Assembly (NCBI GenBank): GCA_013239625.1
Contig: MU053594.1
Span: 1,148,536 to 1,212,535 of the forward strand
Length of the DNA: 64,000 nucleotides
Source: Lama guanicoe
Taxonomy: Eukaryota
Reading direction: 5' to 3'
In this document: positions 45,741 to 57,800 of the stretch, piece by piece
Numbering within the stretch: position 1 is the stretch's first letter
How the letters are laid out: every line of letters starts with the position of its first letter
The notes under the pieces: model-generated
What the model was told of the DNA's origin: nothing
The model's database searches: none
The model's input: only the letters and a program-made list of their open reading frames with translations
Made by a program: the position numbers and the translations under genes

Positions 45741-46554
45741 AATTGATCGAAGCCCACTAGGCCACATGCCGAATTTATAAAACGAGCTATCTGGGAATCC
45801 ATTATCACAACTCTCCACGTCCCTCACCCGCAACAAGGAAATCGCATATTGGCAAAGTGTGGGAAATCAAGAGAGGATTTTGGAAGAGAATGCCTCTGAG
45901 GGAAACTGTGCTCGGAGAACACGAGAGGGAAGGGTGGAGGTATGTCAGGTCCCAGGAAAGCACCTCTTGGAGCGCTGGTTATTTCCCTGCACTTAAGGGG
46001 TCTGGGATGCTGGTGTCTGACTCCTGCCCATTAAACTTCAAAGGCAAGAAGGCCTGAAAGCCCGCTGCTTTCTTTGTGATGCCAAGGAAGTTGCTGCTGC
46101 ATTGGGACCGGACTGGGCTCCTGGGGTCGGCCAGGGCAGAAGAGCGAGGGTGTCTTTTCTATGGACCCTGTAGGCACCCAGTGGGAGAGAGAACAGGCCT
46201 GAATCTGTTTTACGTTTGCCTGAGGGACTTGCCATGCAAATCCAGTAGAGAGACTCTGTTTGGGGGGGGGGAGTCAGAAAAGCAGGGGGCGGGAGTGGCC
46301 AGCAGGCAGGGATGCAGAGCCTGAGTCACCGGAAACGCCCTCCGTTGTTGCCAGTGGGGTCTCGGAGAAGCCACGAGGGTGCCCGTGAGAGGGAGACGTC
46401 AGCTGTAGACACCCTCAGATCCGGAGTGCTGGGAGCCGGTTCACCGCAGACCCAGCCCCGAGAAAACAAGCTTAAAGGGACAGTGGCACACAAACACAGA
46501 TTTGCCTTTTCAATATATCTCACGGGTCCCACTTACCCAACACAGTGGTTACCC

Positions 46555-46645
46555 TTGCCATGGGATTAATAACCCTTGCCTCATAGAGTTGCTGTAAATT
46601 ACGAACAACTTGGCATATGTTAGGTGCTTAATAAAAGTCAGCTGC
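46555..46645 (+). mobile_element. MIR 3' fragment
   Basis: ATGGGATTAATAACCCTTGCCTCATAGAGTTGCTGT...TGGCATATGTTAGGTGCTTAATAAA. Confidence 0.75.
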
Positions 46646-46800
46646 TTTCTTGGTGAGAAAGCGGGAGAATTTGAAACTGGAGGTAAGAAATGCCGAACAG
46701 GGCGTATAGGATGTGGATGAAAACCTTTCCCAGCTTTACTCCTCTGGCCGAGGCAGGACAGCCCTCCAGGTCTACGGGTCTAATCCCTTCTAGAAATGCT

Positions 46801-46830
46801 AAAAAAATAAAATAAAATAAAATAAAATAA
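46801..46830 (+). repeat. (AAAAT)n simple repeat
   Basis: AAAAAAATAAAATAAAATAAAATAAAATAA. Confidence 0.9.
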
Positions 46831-49800
46831 GAAAAACCTCTGAAGTTTAGAAAAAGAAGACTTTCTTACAGACCTCATTCCTGGCTAGGTGATCAAAAAT
46901 AACCAACCTCTCCAGCCTCAGTTGTTTCCTGTGGCCTGGATGACCCCGCAGACCCTCTGCGGCTCACACACTCACTCCGGGATGGTCCAGCACACGCTGT
47001 GTACCCTTAGGTGCAGGAGGTCAGCTCACTGGGGCGGGGAAGCTGGGCTGGAGAAATCTGTGGTTTCCAGCTCTGCCCATCCGGGCCCATTAACTCTCTT
47101 AATCCTCAAGCCCAAAATGTTTTCTTGTAAAGCCATCAGGAAAGTTCGCTTCCCTGTAGCTGTACAGCGCAGCCATCCGGTCTCCCCAGGCCCAGCCGTA
47201 AAGTGGGCGCAAGCTCCAAGCTGTGCGTGCGAATGTAACACAAATATTTATCCCGCCCATCAAACACCGTGACAAGCTGCCCGGTGTGGCTGGGCCCCCG
47301 TGGTCTTGTAAGATGAAGACAGGCTGCAGGAGGCAGCTCATGCCCTGGGGCCCAGCCCAGGGAAGCCAGGCTCGGAATGGACCCAGCTGTGGAGGAGTAT
47401 TTGCTACAGCTGCAAAGGCTAGATTCTCTTTCAGGCCTGTGGTGTGTGCATTTCTTACTGACTTCTTTTCCAAAATCTAAATTAATATCAGGCCAACCAG
47501 GAGATTTCCAGGGGCCTAAACTGTGGGGCTGGGAGGGAGCAGGGAGGCCTCTGTTGTGTGATCAGCAGAGCAGAGCTCTCTGGGAGGCCCTGGGCTGCAC
47601 TGATGTTAGTGGGGATGCATGAAGAAATGTTAGACTGTTCACTCTAATTTTGATCACCAACTCCATGTCGCAGGGGTTCTTGTGAGCGCTCTGGCCTGCC
47701 AGGGGTGGGTGGGGTGGAGGATGTGCGGTGGTGTGAGTGAGAAAGGAGGGGGATGGGTATCCTCGGCACATACACCTTGGGGATGACCCTGCCCAGTAGT
47801 AGGGGGAGGGTCCTGCTCCTCCTTCTCAGACAGGGGGCGCTGCTCAGGGCAGGATCCTCTACTGGCCTCTAGGGACACCCTTCCAGAGCGACTTGCAGCC
47901 AGCACAGTGCTGGGGACCGGGGGTTAATCGGGGCCAGCTTTATGGAGGTAAATGAGCTCCAGCCATCTTGGCTGATTTCAGGGACCACCACCAGACAAAA
48001 ACCCCTGTTTAACCATTCTCCCAAGTTGCCTGAAGCCCCACCTCCAGCTGTAAATCCAAGTCCCCAGGCAGAGGCAGCATTTCCCTCACTGTGAGTGAGT
48101 TGTCAGATCATTTTCTCTTTCATGTATTCACTCAACAGATTTTTGTGAGCACCTACCAGGGGGCAGGCCCTAAGAGCCAGTGCTTGGCAGGGAATCACTG
48201 GAGAAGAGGCGGGACAGTGAAGCCTGCAGGGTCAGGAGGTGGAGGCCGACATCCTTTCATCACCCTGAGTGGGCCTGACGGGGAGGCCTCCTGGCTTCCT
48301 CTGCAGGGGTCGGAGGCAGCAGCTCCCAGAGGTACCCTGAGCTTTCAGCTCTTTGGCTCGTTCCAGACCCCTGATCTGTGCTTACCCCATGGGACCTGGG
48401 GCTCAGACACGGAAGCCTACAGAGACAGGACCTTGCGAGGGATGGAGGGGATCCTAAAAGACAGGTTCCAATCCTCTATTCTTGTTCCGAGAACCCCAAG
48501 TTCTCTCCCTCTCCCAGTACCCCTATCAGATGTTCTGGCACTAGACTAAGGAGATACAGGGGGACCACTTGTCCCTCTGCTCCCCAATCTCCCTACCCCC
48601 AGGGTAAGGGGAGGGGAGGCTCCCAGCCCATGTGCACTTGCTCTGCCGCTGTAACCGGCCTGCCCCCCTTTTCTCAGGGGAGACAAGGTCAGGCATCTCT
48701 CCCAGCTAACGCCCCCTCCCAGGGCAGGTCTGATCAGAGTCGATTTGTTATTAATGATGTTCTAAAAGCAGCGAGTCTGTGGCCAGGGGAAATCAATTGG
48801 CCAGAAATGTGACAAAAGGGGAAATACTCTGCAGCAACTGAAGGCCTGAATTATTGATGCTTCAGCTTGAGGCTTTCAGACACCAGCGCTGAGCTGATGC
48901 ACAGCAAAGTGCTCTCTCTCCCCATCCTGCTCCCCCGGCCTCGTCTGGAACCCACGGATGGTTTGGCCTGAAAACAGGTGGGAGCCCAGGGCATCTGGAC
49001 CAGAGGAGGGAGGAGCCAGAGGGTGTCGAGTCGGCCAGCTCTGGGAGGAACCCTACGATGGCCTGAGGGAACTGCTCTGCCATTTGTGGTTCCACGTTTC
49101 TTTAGACCCTGAGAGACCCTCCGATATCCACTTCTGCTGCTGGGACAGGCCACCATCCCTGGCAGAGTTCACTTTCTCTCTAGTTTTTTGAAATTTCTAG
49201 AGCATCACCTGACCTTGATATGGGGGAAGGAAGAAAAAAAATCCTACAAATACAAAAACAAATCTTGTTCCTTTTAATCTAGAAATCCATTATCTCTTCA
49301 ATTCCAGCTTTAAGATTCAGAGCTAATATACGATGCTAATAGCTCCTGAAGGAGGTATGAATTCATTTCTGATGTCTGCTGTGGTCTTAAAGTCATTTGA
49401 CCACAGGCTCCAGGAACAAGCAGGTCCCTGAGGGTTGTCCCTTGCCTCTGCTCCCTTCTCTGGCTTCTCCAGGCTCAATTTTCACCACCTATTGCTTTTG
49501 CTTATAGTTCTGTAAATAATCTCATTGCCACGTAAATGCTGACTCCCTCTAAGAGGATCTGGTAAATCCCGATTATAAATTCGTGTCCCTACTTCTAACC
49601 AGCTCACTCAGCCCCCTGCCTTGTCCCTGCTGGAGGGAAATGCATACTGGGGGCTCAGTGACCAGCTCACAAGTTTAGCAAATGAATGAACACATTTCCT
49701 GTCCACAGGGTACAATTGCACTTGGAAATAGTCCCTGGCCTCGGCCAGCGCATCAGGTCCACATCCCAGTTCAGGACACTTCAAGGGAGCAGGAGGAACA

Positions 49801-50509
49801 GCTGTTACCCAGATGAAATGCTACTTGCTTTCAGCGCCTTCCCTTAACAACCTAGCCCCTTCTCTGCCAGGTCATGGCTTGGCCCAGGGCCGCTGTCCGG
49901 CACAGTCCTGCTGACTTAGAGTCTCTGGATTTTCACCATTTCATAAGCAGCAAATACCAAAGGCATCTGATCTCCGCGCATCGGCTAGAATGAATGACTC
50001 CCTCGTTAGGGCCCAGGGCTTACTGCTTTAGGGTCCCCCGCTTCAGCTTCCACGAGGAGTGCTCACAGAGGCTGGGCTGGGAGGCCTGAGGGAAAGGCAC
50101 CGAGGCCCACTGAGAGGTGGCCCAGGGGACAGGAAGCCTGCAGACACTGCCGGGAAAGGGCAAAAGGAGGAGCTGAGAAGTGAGGGAGGGGCCACAGCTC
50201 CCCAACTGAACGGAGGCGCCCAGCAGGCCAGGTATGGGAGCAAACAGAGGCAGGGCCAGAGGAGCCCGGCTCCTGGCCGGGGGCCAGGGCTGTCCTGAGC
50301 TCCGCCCAACTGCTCTCCTCGCCTGCCAAGTCTGGCTGCTTCTCTGGGCCTTCTGGAAATGGTAAACCTCCCTCTTTGTCACCCTGGGTTAACTTTCAGG
50401 GAAGCAAGGAGCAGAGAGAGCCACAGGGACTAGCTTCCACCAGATTCAGATTTTTCTCAGCCCTGGCTTGCCTCGGTTTCCCCACAAGGTTAAATAAAGT
50501 GAGTGGAGA

Positions 50510-51180
50510 CAGAGCAGACGCAAGGAAAGGCAGCGTTCAGATGACTCTAGGCAGCAGCGCCGCTGCCCGCCGGCAATGACCAGGGCCGGTCAGTAAAGGA
50601 GCCCCCGTGGAGTGTGATCTGCCGGCCCCTCACGCCCCCTACGGCTCCTTTGCCCGCAGTCTGTGCTGGTCCTCCCATCCCAGCACCAACCGCGGCCCCA
50701 CATCGCCCTGCTGGTCTCCTGCGAGGGGAGCTGCCGCCCGGCTGGGTCTCAGAAGCCCCTGGGGATGCTCGGGCTGCTGTAAACAATACTGCAATTTGCC
50801 TGTAAACTGCCAAAGTGGCAGCTTCCCTGACACCCGGGCATCAAGCCTCTCACTGCAGCAGAGAAGCACACGGGCTCGCTCCTAGACCACCCCGCGCGGG
50901 CCCCCGCCTACTACGCCTGGACCGGGAGGCCCCCTTCGTGACTGTGGCAGGGGCTGCCCCGGCCGCTGGGGGCCTGGCCTCACCACACCCAGATCCTGCC
51001 TGATGAGTCTGCTCGAGTGACAGGTGCTGGCTGGTCACATGCCGGGGCACAAGTCCACTCTCCATGGAAGCAAAGAGGAGGGAGGACGGGGCTCCAGGAG
51101 GGCCGTGTCGGGAGGAGGCGACGCTGTTAGCGTCTTCAGAAGAGTGGGGGCAGGTGTAGCCCAAGACCCAAGACCGCCCT
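50510..51180. promoter_or_regulatory. Weak orphan CpG island / candidate regulatory element
   Basis: About 39 CpGs in 660 bp by hand count; GC-rich and repeat-free; AT-richer core with TGTAAACA (50778-50785). Confidence 0.5.
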
Positions 51181-51194
51181 GGACCTCACCCCCT

Positions 51195-51358
51195 CCTACT
51201 GGGCTGCTTACATGACGTGACTTTAGGCAAAGCTCTGAGCATCTCTGAAATCTCTTTTTCTCACTGTAAAACAGGAATAATAAACCCTACCTCATATACT
51301 CGTGAAGATTAAAGATAATGTGTCCAGCACATAATGGATTTTCAATAAATGTTAATTT
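51195..51358 (+). mobile_element. MIR SINE
   Basis: GTGACTTTAGGCAAAG...CACTGTAAAACAGGAATAATAAACCCTACCTCAT...TCAATAAATGTTA. Confidence 0.85.
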
Positions 51359-51529
51359 ACCTTCCGTCTCTCCCAGCCCGGTGTGGTGATTCTAAGTGGG
51401 GTAACGGTACTCAGTCAATAGTCTCCCCTCCAATCAGAAGCCTCTTCCATGCGCTGTGTCTTTAAACAACCATTAGGAGTCAGCTCACCAAGCCATCTGC
51501 TCGTGTTGATTGCTGAGTGTTTCTTGGAG

Positions 51530-51705
51530 GTGGCTTTGAGCCTCTGCTTGAACACCTCTAGGGACAGTGATCTCATTAGCTCCCAAGATAGCCCATTAGT
51601 TTTAGAGAGAGCTGCCTGTCTGAAAGTTCTTTCTACGTCGCTGCGATCTGCTTACCTGTAATTTTCACCTGTTGGTGTCAATGGCCTCCTCTGGAACCAC
51701 CTGGA
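51530..51705 (-). mobile_element. L3/CR1 LINE 3' fragment
   Basis: AGCCTCTGCTTGAACACCTCTAGGGACAG...CTCATTAGCTCCCAAGATAGCCCATT...GAAAGTTCTTTCT...CTGTAATTTTCACC. Confidence 0.75.
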
Positions 51706-53407
51706 CAGGTCCGATTCTGATCCCTCCCCTGCTTGGCGCAGCGGGTGGCACATAGAAAGCACAGACCTTGCCCACGGGGAGTCAAGATGACAGAGGGGAA
51801 AGGCTGGGAACTTGCTGTCTTGCTTGCTGTGTCTGTGGGATGTGAAGCCAGGGCCCTCTCGGTGGGTTTCAGTTCCCCCCTCAGAATCCGGAGGAAGGGT
51901 GGGTTGGTCCACTGGTACTGGGCACCTGAGGGTGGCATGGGGGATGCAGTGAGCCCGAATGACCTCGCATGGTGCTTAATTTCCTGACCTGAGCGGGGCC
52001 TGGGCCCAGGCAGGTCCTGCAGCAGCTGCCTGGGGTCCTGCGTCCTCTGTGGTGGCCAGGCTCCCTGCTGTCCCTGCCAAGATGGCCAGCCGGCAGCACT
52101 CAGAATTATTTAATGGAAGTGGAATTTTTTGTGCGACGCAACCAGGACGGTGCTCTGTGCACGCCGGCCAAGTGTTTGGCAGCCGGGACTACTCTGCAGT
52201 GGGCAGCCTCGTGTTTGAATCCCCTAGAAAGGAGCCCGCTTGGTGGGGGAGGACTGGGGTTGGGCAAGGTGGTGCTTGGGTTTCCTCTGGGAGAGAAGGG
52301 GAGCCCTGGGGGTGGGGGGAGGCAGGGGGAGGAGAGCTCGCTGTAACTGGAAGTACGATCAAGGGGCGAGATGGCAGGGTCTGCAAGAAGGTGAGGTCGA
52401 TGGGGTCCGGGCTGAGACACAGCATCCCCGCCTCTATGCCCTGTTTCCAGCCGAATGCTTGAGGGCGGCTAGGGCAGCTGGTGCCGGCGACCCTGCAGTG
52501 TGGCCAGCTCTGAGCAGCACCCCGTGACCAACGGGAGGCTGTGGCAGCTCAGAGCGGGGTCCGGCTGTGGCCTGGGTTCCCAGGCCTCCGTACCTCCCCT
52601 ACAGCTTCACCGACCCCACCCCGCGGTGGCTGGCGGTCAGCCCCATGGAAACAGTCTGCTTAACGTGACGTTACCCGTGGAAGCCATCTCTGCTACGGAG
52701 CCTCTGCCAGCCTCCTCTGTGCAGGGGCAGGCACCCTCGTGGCCTGGAAATGTCAGTTCTCTTCCGCTGGGGTTCCCTCTGCCCCGCCCCCTTTCAATTT
52801 GGGGAAATTTGTGTCTCCAGGGCGGGTGGATGTCTCTCCCTCCTCCCTGAGGTGGGAAGTCCCTCTGTGACCCAGGCCTGCATCTCAGGGCCTTTTGCCC
52901 AGAAGCCCCTAACAAGCTCCTTGTTCTTGCTCTGGGCCCAGAACAGTGGTGTGTTTTGAGGAATCAAAACCCCTCTTGTCACAAATACGTCTCCTTAGGC
53001 CTGCCAGACGCAGGCAGGTGCTGAGAATCCCCCAGTTCCAGTCTTGTGTTGTTCAGAATGATTTTTCTTCAGATAGACCCTGTCAAAATGCAAATGTTAC
53101 CCGGAGGGAGGGGTAACACATTAACTTATTACCATCCATTATCACTTTAGTGCCGTTTATCAGCTTCCCAGCTGTGAACAGAGCCTGGGGAGAGAGAATG
53201 TGGAACAGGTGAGGTTTAACACAGAAAGATGAGAGAGGAGCCCTGGGCAGGATGCGGGCGGGGCCCAGGCAGGTGTGGAGCAGTGAGGGAGATGGCAGGA
53301 GGCAGGGAAGCCCACGTGTCCCGTCCTGGTGCCACCAACGGGGCTGCTTCCCCAAGCCCCAATGTCACCTCATTTTCAGGAAGGGGCCTCCTTGGATGAA
53401 GAGCCCT

Positions 53408-54076
53408 TCAAATAGACTTACCCTAAGTCTATGATCCAGCAATCCCAATCCTGGGCATATATCTGGAGGGAACTCTAATTTGAAAAGATACATGCACCCC
53501 AATGTTCATAGCAGCACCATGTACATAGCCAAGATATAGAAACAACCTAAATGTCCATTGACAGGTGACTGGATAAAGAATGTGTGGTATATTTATACGA
53601 TGGAATATACGATGGAACTCAGCCTCAAAAAAGAATAAAATAATGCCATTTGCTGCAAACATGGATGAACCTGGAGATCATCATTCTAAGTGAAATAAAC
53701 CAGAAAGAGAAAGAAAAACACCATATGATATCACTTATATGTGGAATCAAAAAAAAAGATGCAAATGAACATATTTACAAAACAGAAACAAATTTCCAGA
53801 CATGGAAAACAAACCGGGGGAGAAAGAAGGTGGGAAGTGATCAATTGGGAATCTGAGATTGGCAGATACTATTATGTATAAAATAGATAAACAATAAGTT
53901 TCTACCGTATATAGCACAGGGAACTATATTCAATATCTTGTAGTAACCTATAATGAAAATGAATATATGTATGTATAGGTATGACTGAAACATTATGCTG
54001 TTTACTGGAAATTGACACAATGTTGTAAACTGACTATACTTCAATAAAAAATTAAATTAAAAATAAACAGAAAACA
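53408..54076 (+). mobile_element. 5'-truncated, relatively young L1 (ORF2 end, 3' UTR, A-tail)
   Basis: TATGATCCAGCAATCCCA...TWMNLEIIILSEINQKEK-coding segment...AATAAA and A-rich tail; TSD-like AAGAGCCCT (53399-53407) and AAGAGCTCT (54077-54085). Confidence 0.92.
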
Positions 54077-57000
54077 AAGAGCTCTGAGGATTATTTCAAA
54101 ATCGTTACATTTCATTTTGCCATATATTATTGTCCTTCCTAACATTTTGGTCCTTACGCTAAGAGTAGTATTAATCTATATTCCCTGAAGACACCCTGAC
54201 TGACGGGGAGGAAGAGGAGGCACACACTACAGGGCAGGGAAAGTCAGGCTGAGATTAAAACCCTGCTACTCATAATTCTCAGAAAGCGTAGCCCACACAG
54301 AGAGTAGATAAGCAAGCGATGGCAGCCCTAGGCGATTTTCCTATCCATCCCCCGCGACAGAAAGAGGTCTTCTCTCTTCTTGCCTCCAACAGCCACACCA
54401 AATAGGTATGATGCGTTTGTTTATTTCACAAAGAAAAGAAACGACTATGCTTTACAACCATAAAGTCCTTCCAGGGAAAGGCCCTAAATCCACAGGCTCG
54501 CTGCAGACAGTGCAGGGTGTGCAGGTGGAAAGCGGGGAGAGGGAGCAGGGTTGGGGAGCTGAGGACAATCCAGCGGAGGAAGGAGCCAGCGAGGATGGGG
54601 AAGCAGGGGAGAGGACTCTCAGCTGTGGTGCAGAGCGGAATGGAGGCCGGCTGGCACCAGGCTTGAACAGGGCTGCTGAGGTTTCTGTGAATAATTTCGT
54701 GGGGACGGTGCTGCTCTGTCACACCCTCCTTAATCCCCAGCAAACCTGCAGTAAAGTCTGACACACACACACAGATGATAGTGTGTGTGGAGTGTGTTTG
54801 TAATTCCTACGAATCCCACATCTTGGCTGATGTGTCATAAACAAAGGACAGTAGGTGTGGTCAGCAGGATGGCCATGGACCCAGCTAATTCAGAGGGGAC
54901 ACAGCTGTGAGCTGGGGTGATCAAGAGATTATGAGCCACCTGTGGACTTGAAGAAATCTTGGGTGACATTTGACGTCCACAGACTGAGTTGGTGATGGGT
55001 CCAAACTGACACTAAAACTATGCCTTCGGGTCCAAGGAGACCCCCCAGACAGAGTGTAGAGGGACGCTGCTTGGGGATATTGGCTGATGTGTTTTTCCCA
55101 GGGATTTCTCGTATCTCCTCCTTCCCCCTTGTGGGAGGCAGCAGCAAGGCACTGAGGGAGCAGTGATAGAGTTCTTGTATTCCAGTGGCAAATCTTGCCT
55201 TTTCTGTTTCAAAAGCCCAGCCCTCAAAGCAGGAGAGGGGAGAGCCCAGGACAAAATCAGAAGATTTGGAGCAACAGGCAATCCATCAGAGCCAGTCTGT
55301 CCACACCCCTTGGAGTCAAGATGCGGCCAGCTGGGCTGGAGGATGGAGAGTGGGGAGGCAGGGGGGTGGTTCCTGGCGTGTCCCCGAGAGAGGAGCGGGC
55401 TCCATGTCGCGCTCTCCAGGCTGTGTCCAGAGGCTGGCTTGAGTAATAACAGAACTTCCAGATTGAAGGGGGAGATCAGAGGGTAGAATATTTGCGGTCT
55501 CTCTCCCAGTGAGAGGAAAGTAGCAATTTCTACAGTTCCAGGATGCCTAGCCCGGCGTAGGGGCTGAAGACCCTTCTGAGGTGTGTGCAGGTGTCCGGGG
55601 AGGGTCCTTGCAGAGCAGAACGCGTGGTGTGCAGCTGAGAGCTGTTGGCTTGTGGCTCGGAAAAGCCCAGGAACTTGGGACAGCTCTGTCCCTGGGAAGA
55701 GGAGGGCCCAGCCGTCACCCCTGTGGCCCGAGGGCTGCAGCTGGGACAGGTCAGGGACTGTGAGTGGATGCTAGTGTGGCAAGAGAGGATCCCAAGGATG
55801 GAATCACCGCCTTTTTCCACTCCAGTTAGGGGCATGAGGCAGCTCTCTCCAAATCAGAGACCATCTCCCATCGAGTGAAAAATGGGACCCCTGAAATTAA
55901 CTGAGGTTAATTTCCTGCCACAGAAAGGAAACTCAGAATCAAAAATCATTTCAGTCGTAGCGGCAGTCTTTACGCCGCTTTACTTCTAGCGTACAAGATT
56001 CTGTGGTCTTAGGTTCTTACCCAGGGCAGCACTTGGCTCGGGGAGCTTTGGGTCTTGGCCCAGCTGTGGGAGGACAATACCGGCTCAGGAGGTAGCGGGT
56101 GTCAGAGGGGCCCCATCCTCCCTGTCCCGTCCTTTCCGGGGGAAGGAGAACAGAGTGAGGGCAGGGAGCCTTTTTCTGAGGAGGTGTACTTCAAAGCAGT
56201 GTGCTCAGACCCAGAGGAGCCAGAGGCCTCCTGTTTCCTCCCTCACAGAACCTTGCCATTTCAACCCCATGGTCGCACTCTCTTAGCCAAAAGGATGAAA
56301 CTGATGCAGGCCAGATGCTGGGATTCTCTTAGCAGCACAGCGAGAGCCTGACCGCCCCCCACCGGGCTGGCGGGGGACTGACTCATCAGTAAGAAAACGC
56401 CCAAACGAAAACAGTGACAAGTGTCAGGGGAGAGGAAAACTGTCGATGAATGATCCCAGGATGGCCCTGCAACAGACACCCCAAGGTCGAGGTGTAAAAC
56501 CCGGGTCGCCCCGTTTGGCAGGCAGTTGTCCCCACCCACTGGCGGCGGGTGAGGGGACATGGGGACATCCGAGCCTCCTCAAGTTGCCTGCCCTGGAAAT
56601 TCACAACATGGGTCCCTGCTTTGGTAGGTGGCCAACCCTCCTCCACCCCCTCCTCCTGAATCTGTAGAAAGGCTTTTCTCAGAGCTCAAAGGAGGTAGGA
56701 TTCCTGGCCTTGTACTGCCTGCTTTTCGTCTTGCTGAATTGTTCTTGTACCTTTTCTCTGGTGAGTGAGTGCCATTTATCCAGCAGGAATTAACCAGTTT
56801 ACAGTCGTACACTCCTTTTCTTGGCTTCTCTTGTTTTCTTCGTCCGCCCTTGAGTTTCTGGAGTTTCAGCCGCCTCAACTCAAGGCTGAAGGGAGAGTTC
56901 CACAAGCCACTTCCTGGGCTGACTTTTAGGATTTAGGGTGACAGGGGATGGAGTGTTTTAGCATCTGCTCCCCAATTGGAAAATTCACCTCAACCTCCCA

Positions 57001-57159
57001 GTGATGGTGGGGGGTGATGGATAGAGAATTAGATGGCCCAAGATTTGCACCAGACTAAAAGGAATACTGCCCCCCCCACCCCAGAGGTCCCATCCCCAGA
57101 GGTCAACCATTAATCACCTTCCAGAAGCCTGTTGCAAGGTTTGTAATGGAAATGTCTCC

Positions 57160-57173
57160 GTTGTCATGGTAAC
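57160..57173. promoter_or_regulatory. RFX X-box-like motif
   Basis: GTTGTCATGGTAAC versus consensus GTTGCCATGGYAAC; in unique sequence. Confidence 0.45.
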
Positions 57174-57444
57174 GGTAACCCTGGCTGGCCTGGCCAGAGG
57201 CTGCTCTAGGCAAGCCCTGCTCTTCTGGGTTTCAGGTTTATTAACAAGCTGCAAGTTCCAGGCTGGTAGGTCTTAAAAGCAGCTCCTTGCAGTCAGGGGC
57301 CCAAGGGAATGCCTAAGTGACCTAGGCCTTACCTAGCCCTTAGTCAACAACATGATTCCAAATTCACCCATTCCAGGAAGATGAGACCTTTCACCACATC
57401 ACTGACTAACACCGTGCCCACTGATTGGCCCACAGATGGGCAGA

Positions 57445-57630
57445 ATTGTAGATTTGAAAAGTCCTGGGCTTTGGAGTGGAGCCACCTAGGTTTGAATGTC
57501 AGCTCTGCCAGTTAACAGCTGTGTGTCTTTGGGCAGGTTACTAAAACTCTCTGATCTGATCCTACCTCTCTAAGCAGGGGAAGCAATACCTAGTTCGCGT
57601 GTAATTGTTTGACTCCAATAAGATAATTGT
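57445..57630 (+). mobile_element. MIR SINE
   Basis: CTGGGCTTTGGAG...GGTTTGAATGTCAGCTCTGCCAGTTAACAGCTGTGTGTCTTTGGGCAGGTTACT. Confidence 0.85.
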
Positions 57631-57635
57631 ACAGG

Positions 57636-57800
57636 GCAGGAGCGGCAGACTTTTTCAATAAAGGGCCAGACGGCAAATATCTTAGGTTTTACAGCCACAC
57701 GGTCTCCTTTGCAACTGCTCAACCCTGCCCTTCGAGCACAAAAAGGACCAGAGCCAACAGTAAGTAAAGAGCATGGCAGCGTTCCAACAAAACTTCAGAG
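57636..57800 (+). mobile_element. MER58A-type hAT-Charlie MITE
   Basis: GGCAGACTTTTTCAATAAAGGGCCAGACGGCAAATATCTTAGGTTTT...GCAACTGCTCAACCCTGCC...GTTCCAACAAAACTT. Confidence 0.8.

Noticed and set aside
49885..49910. REST/RE1 site (GCTGTCC half site)
   Set aside because: Only one half matches; the GGTGCTGA half is missing
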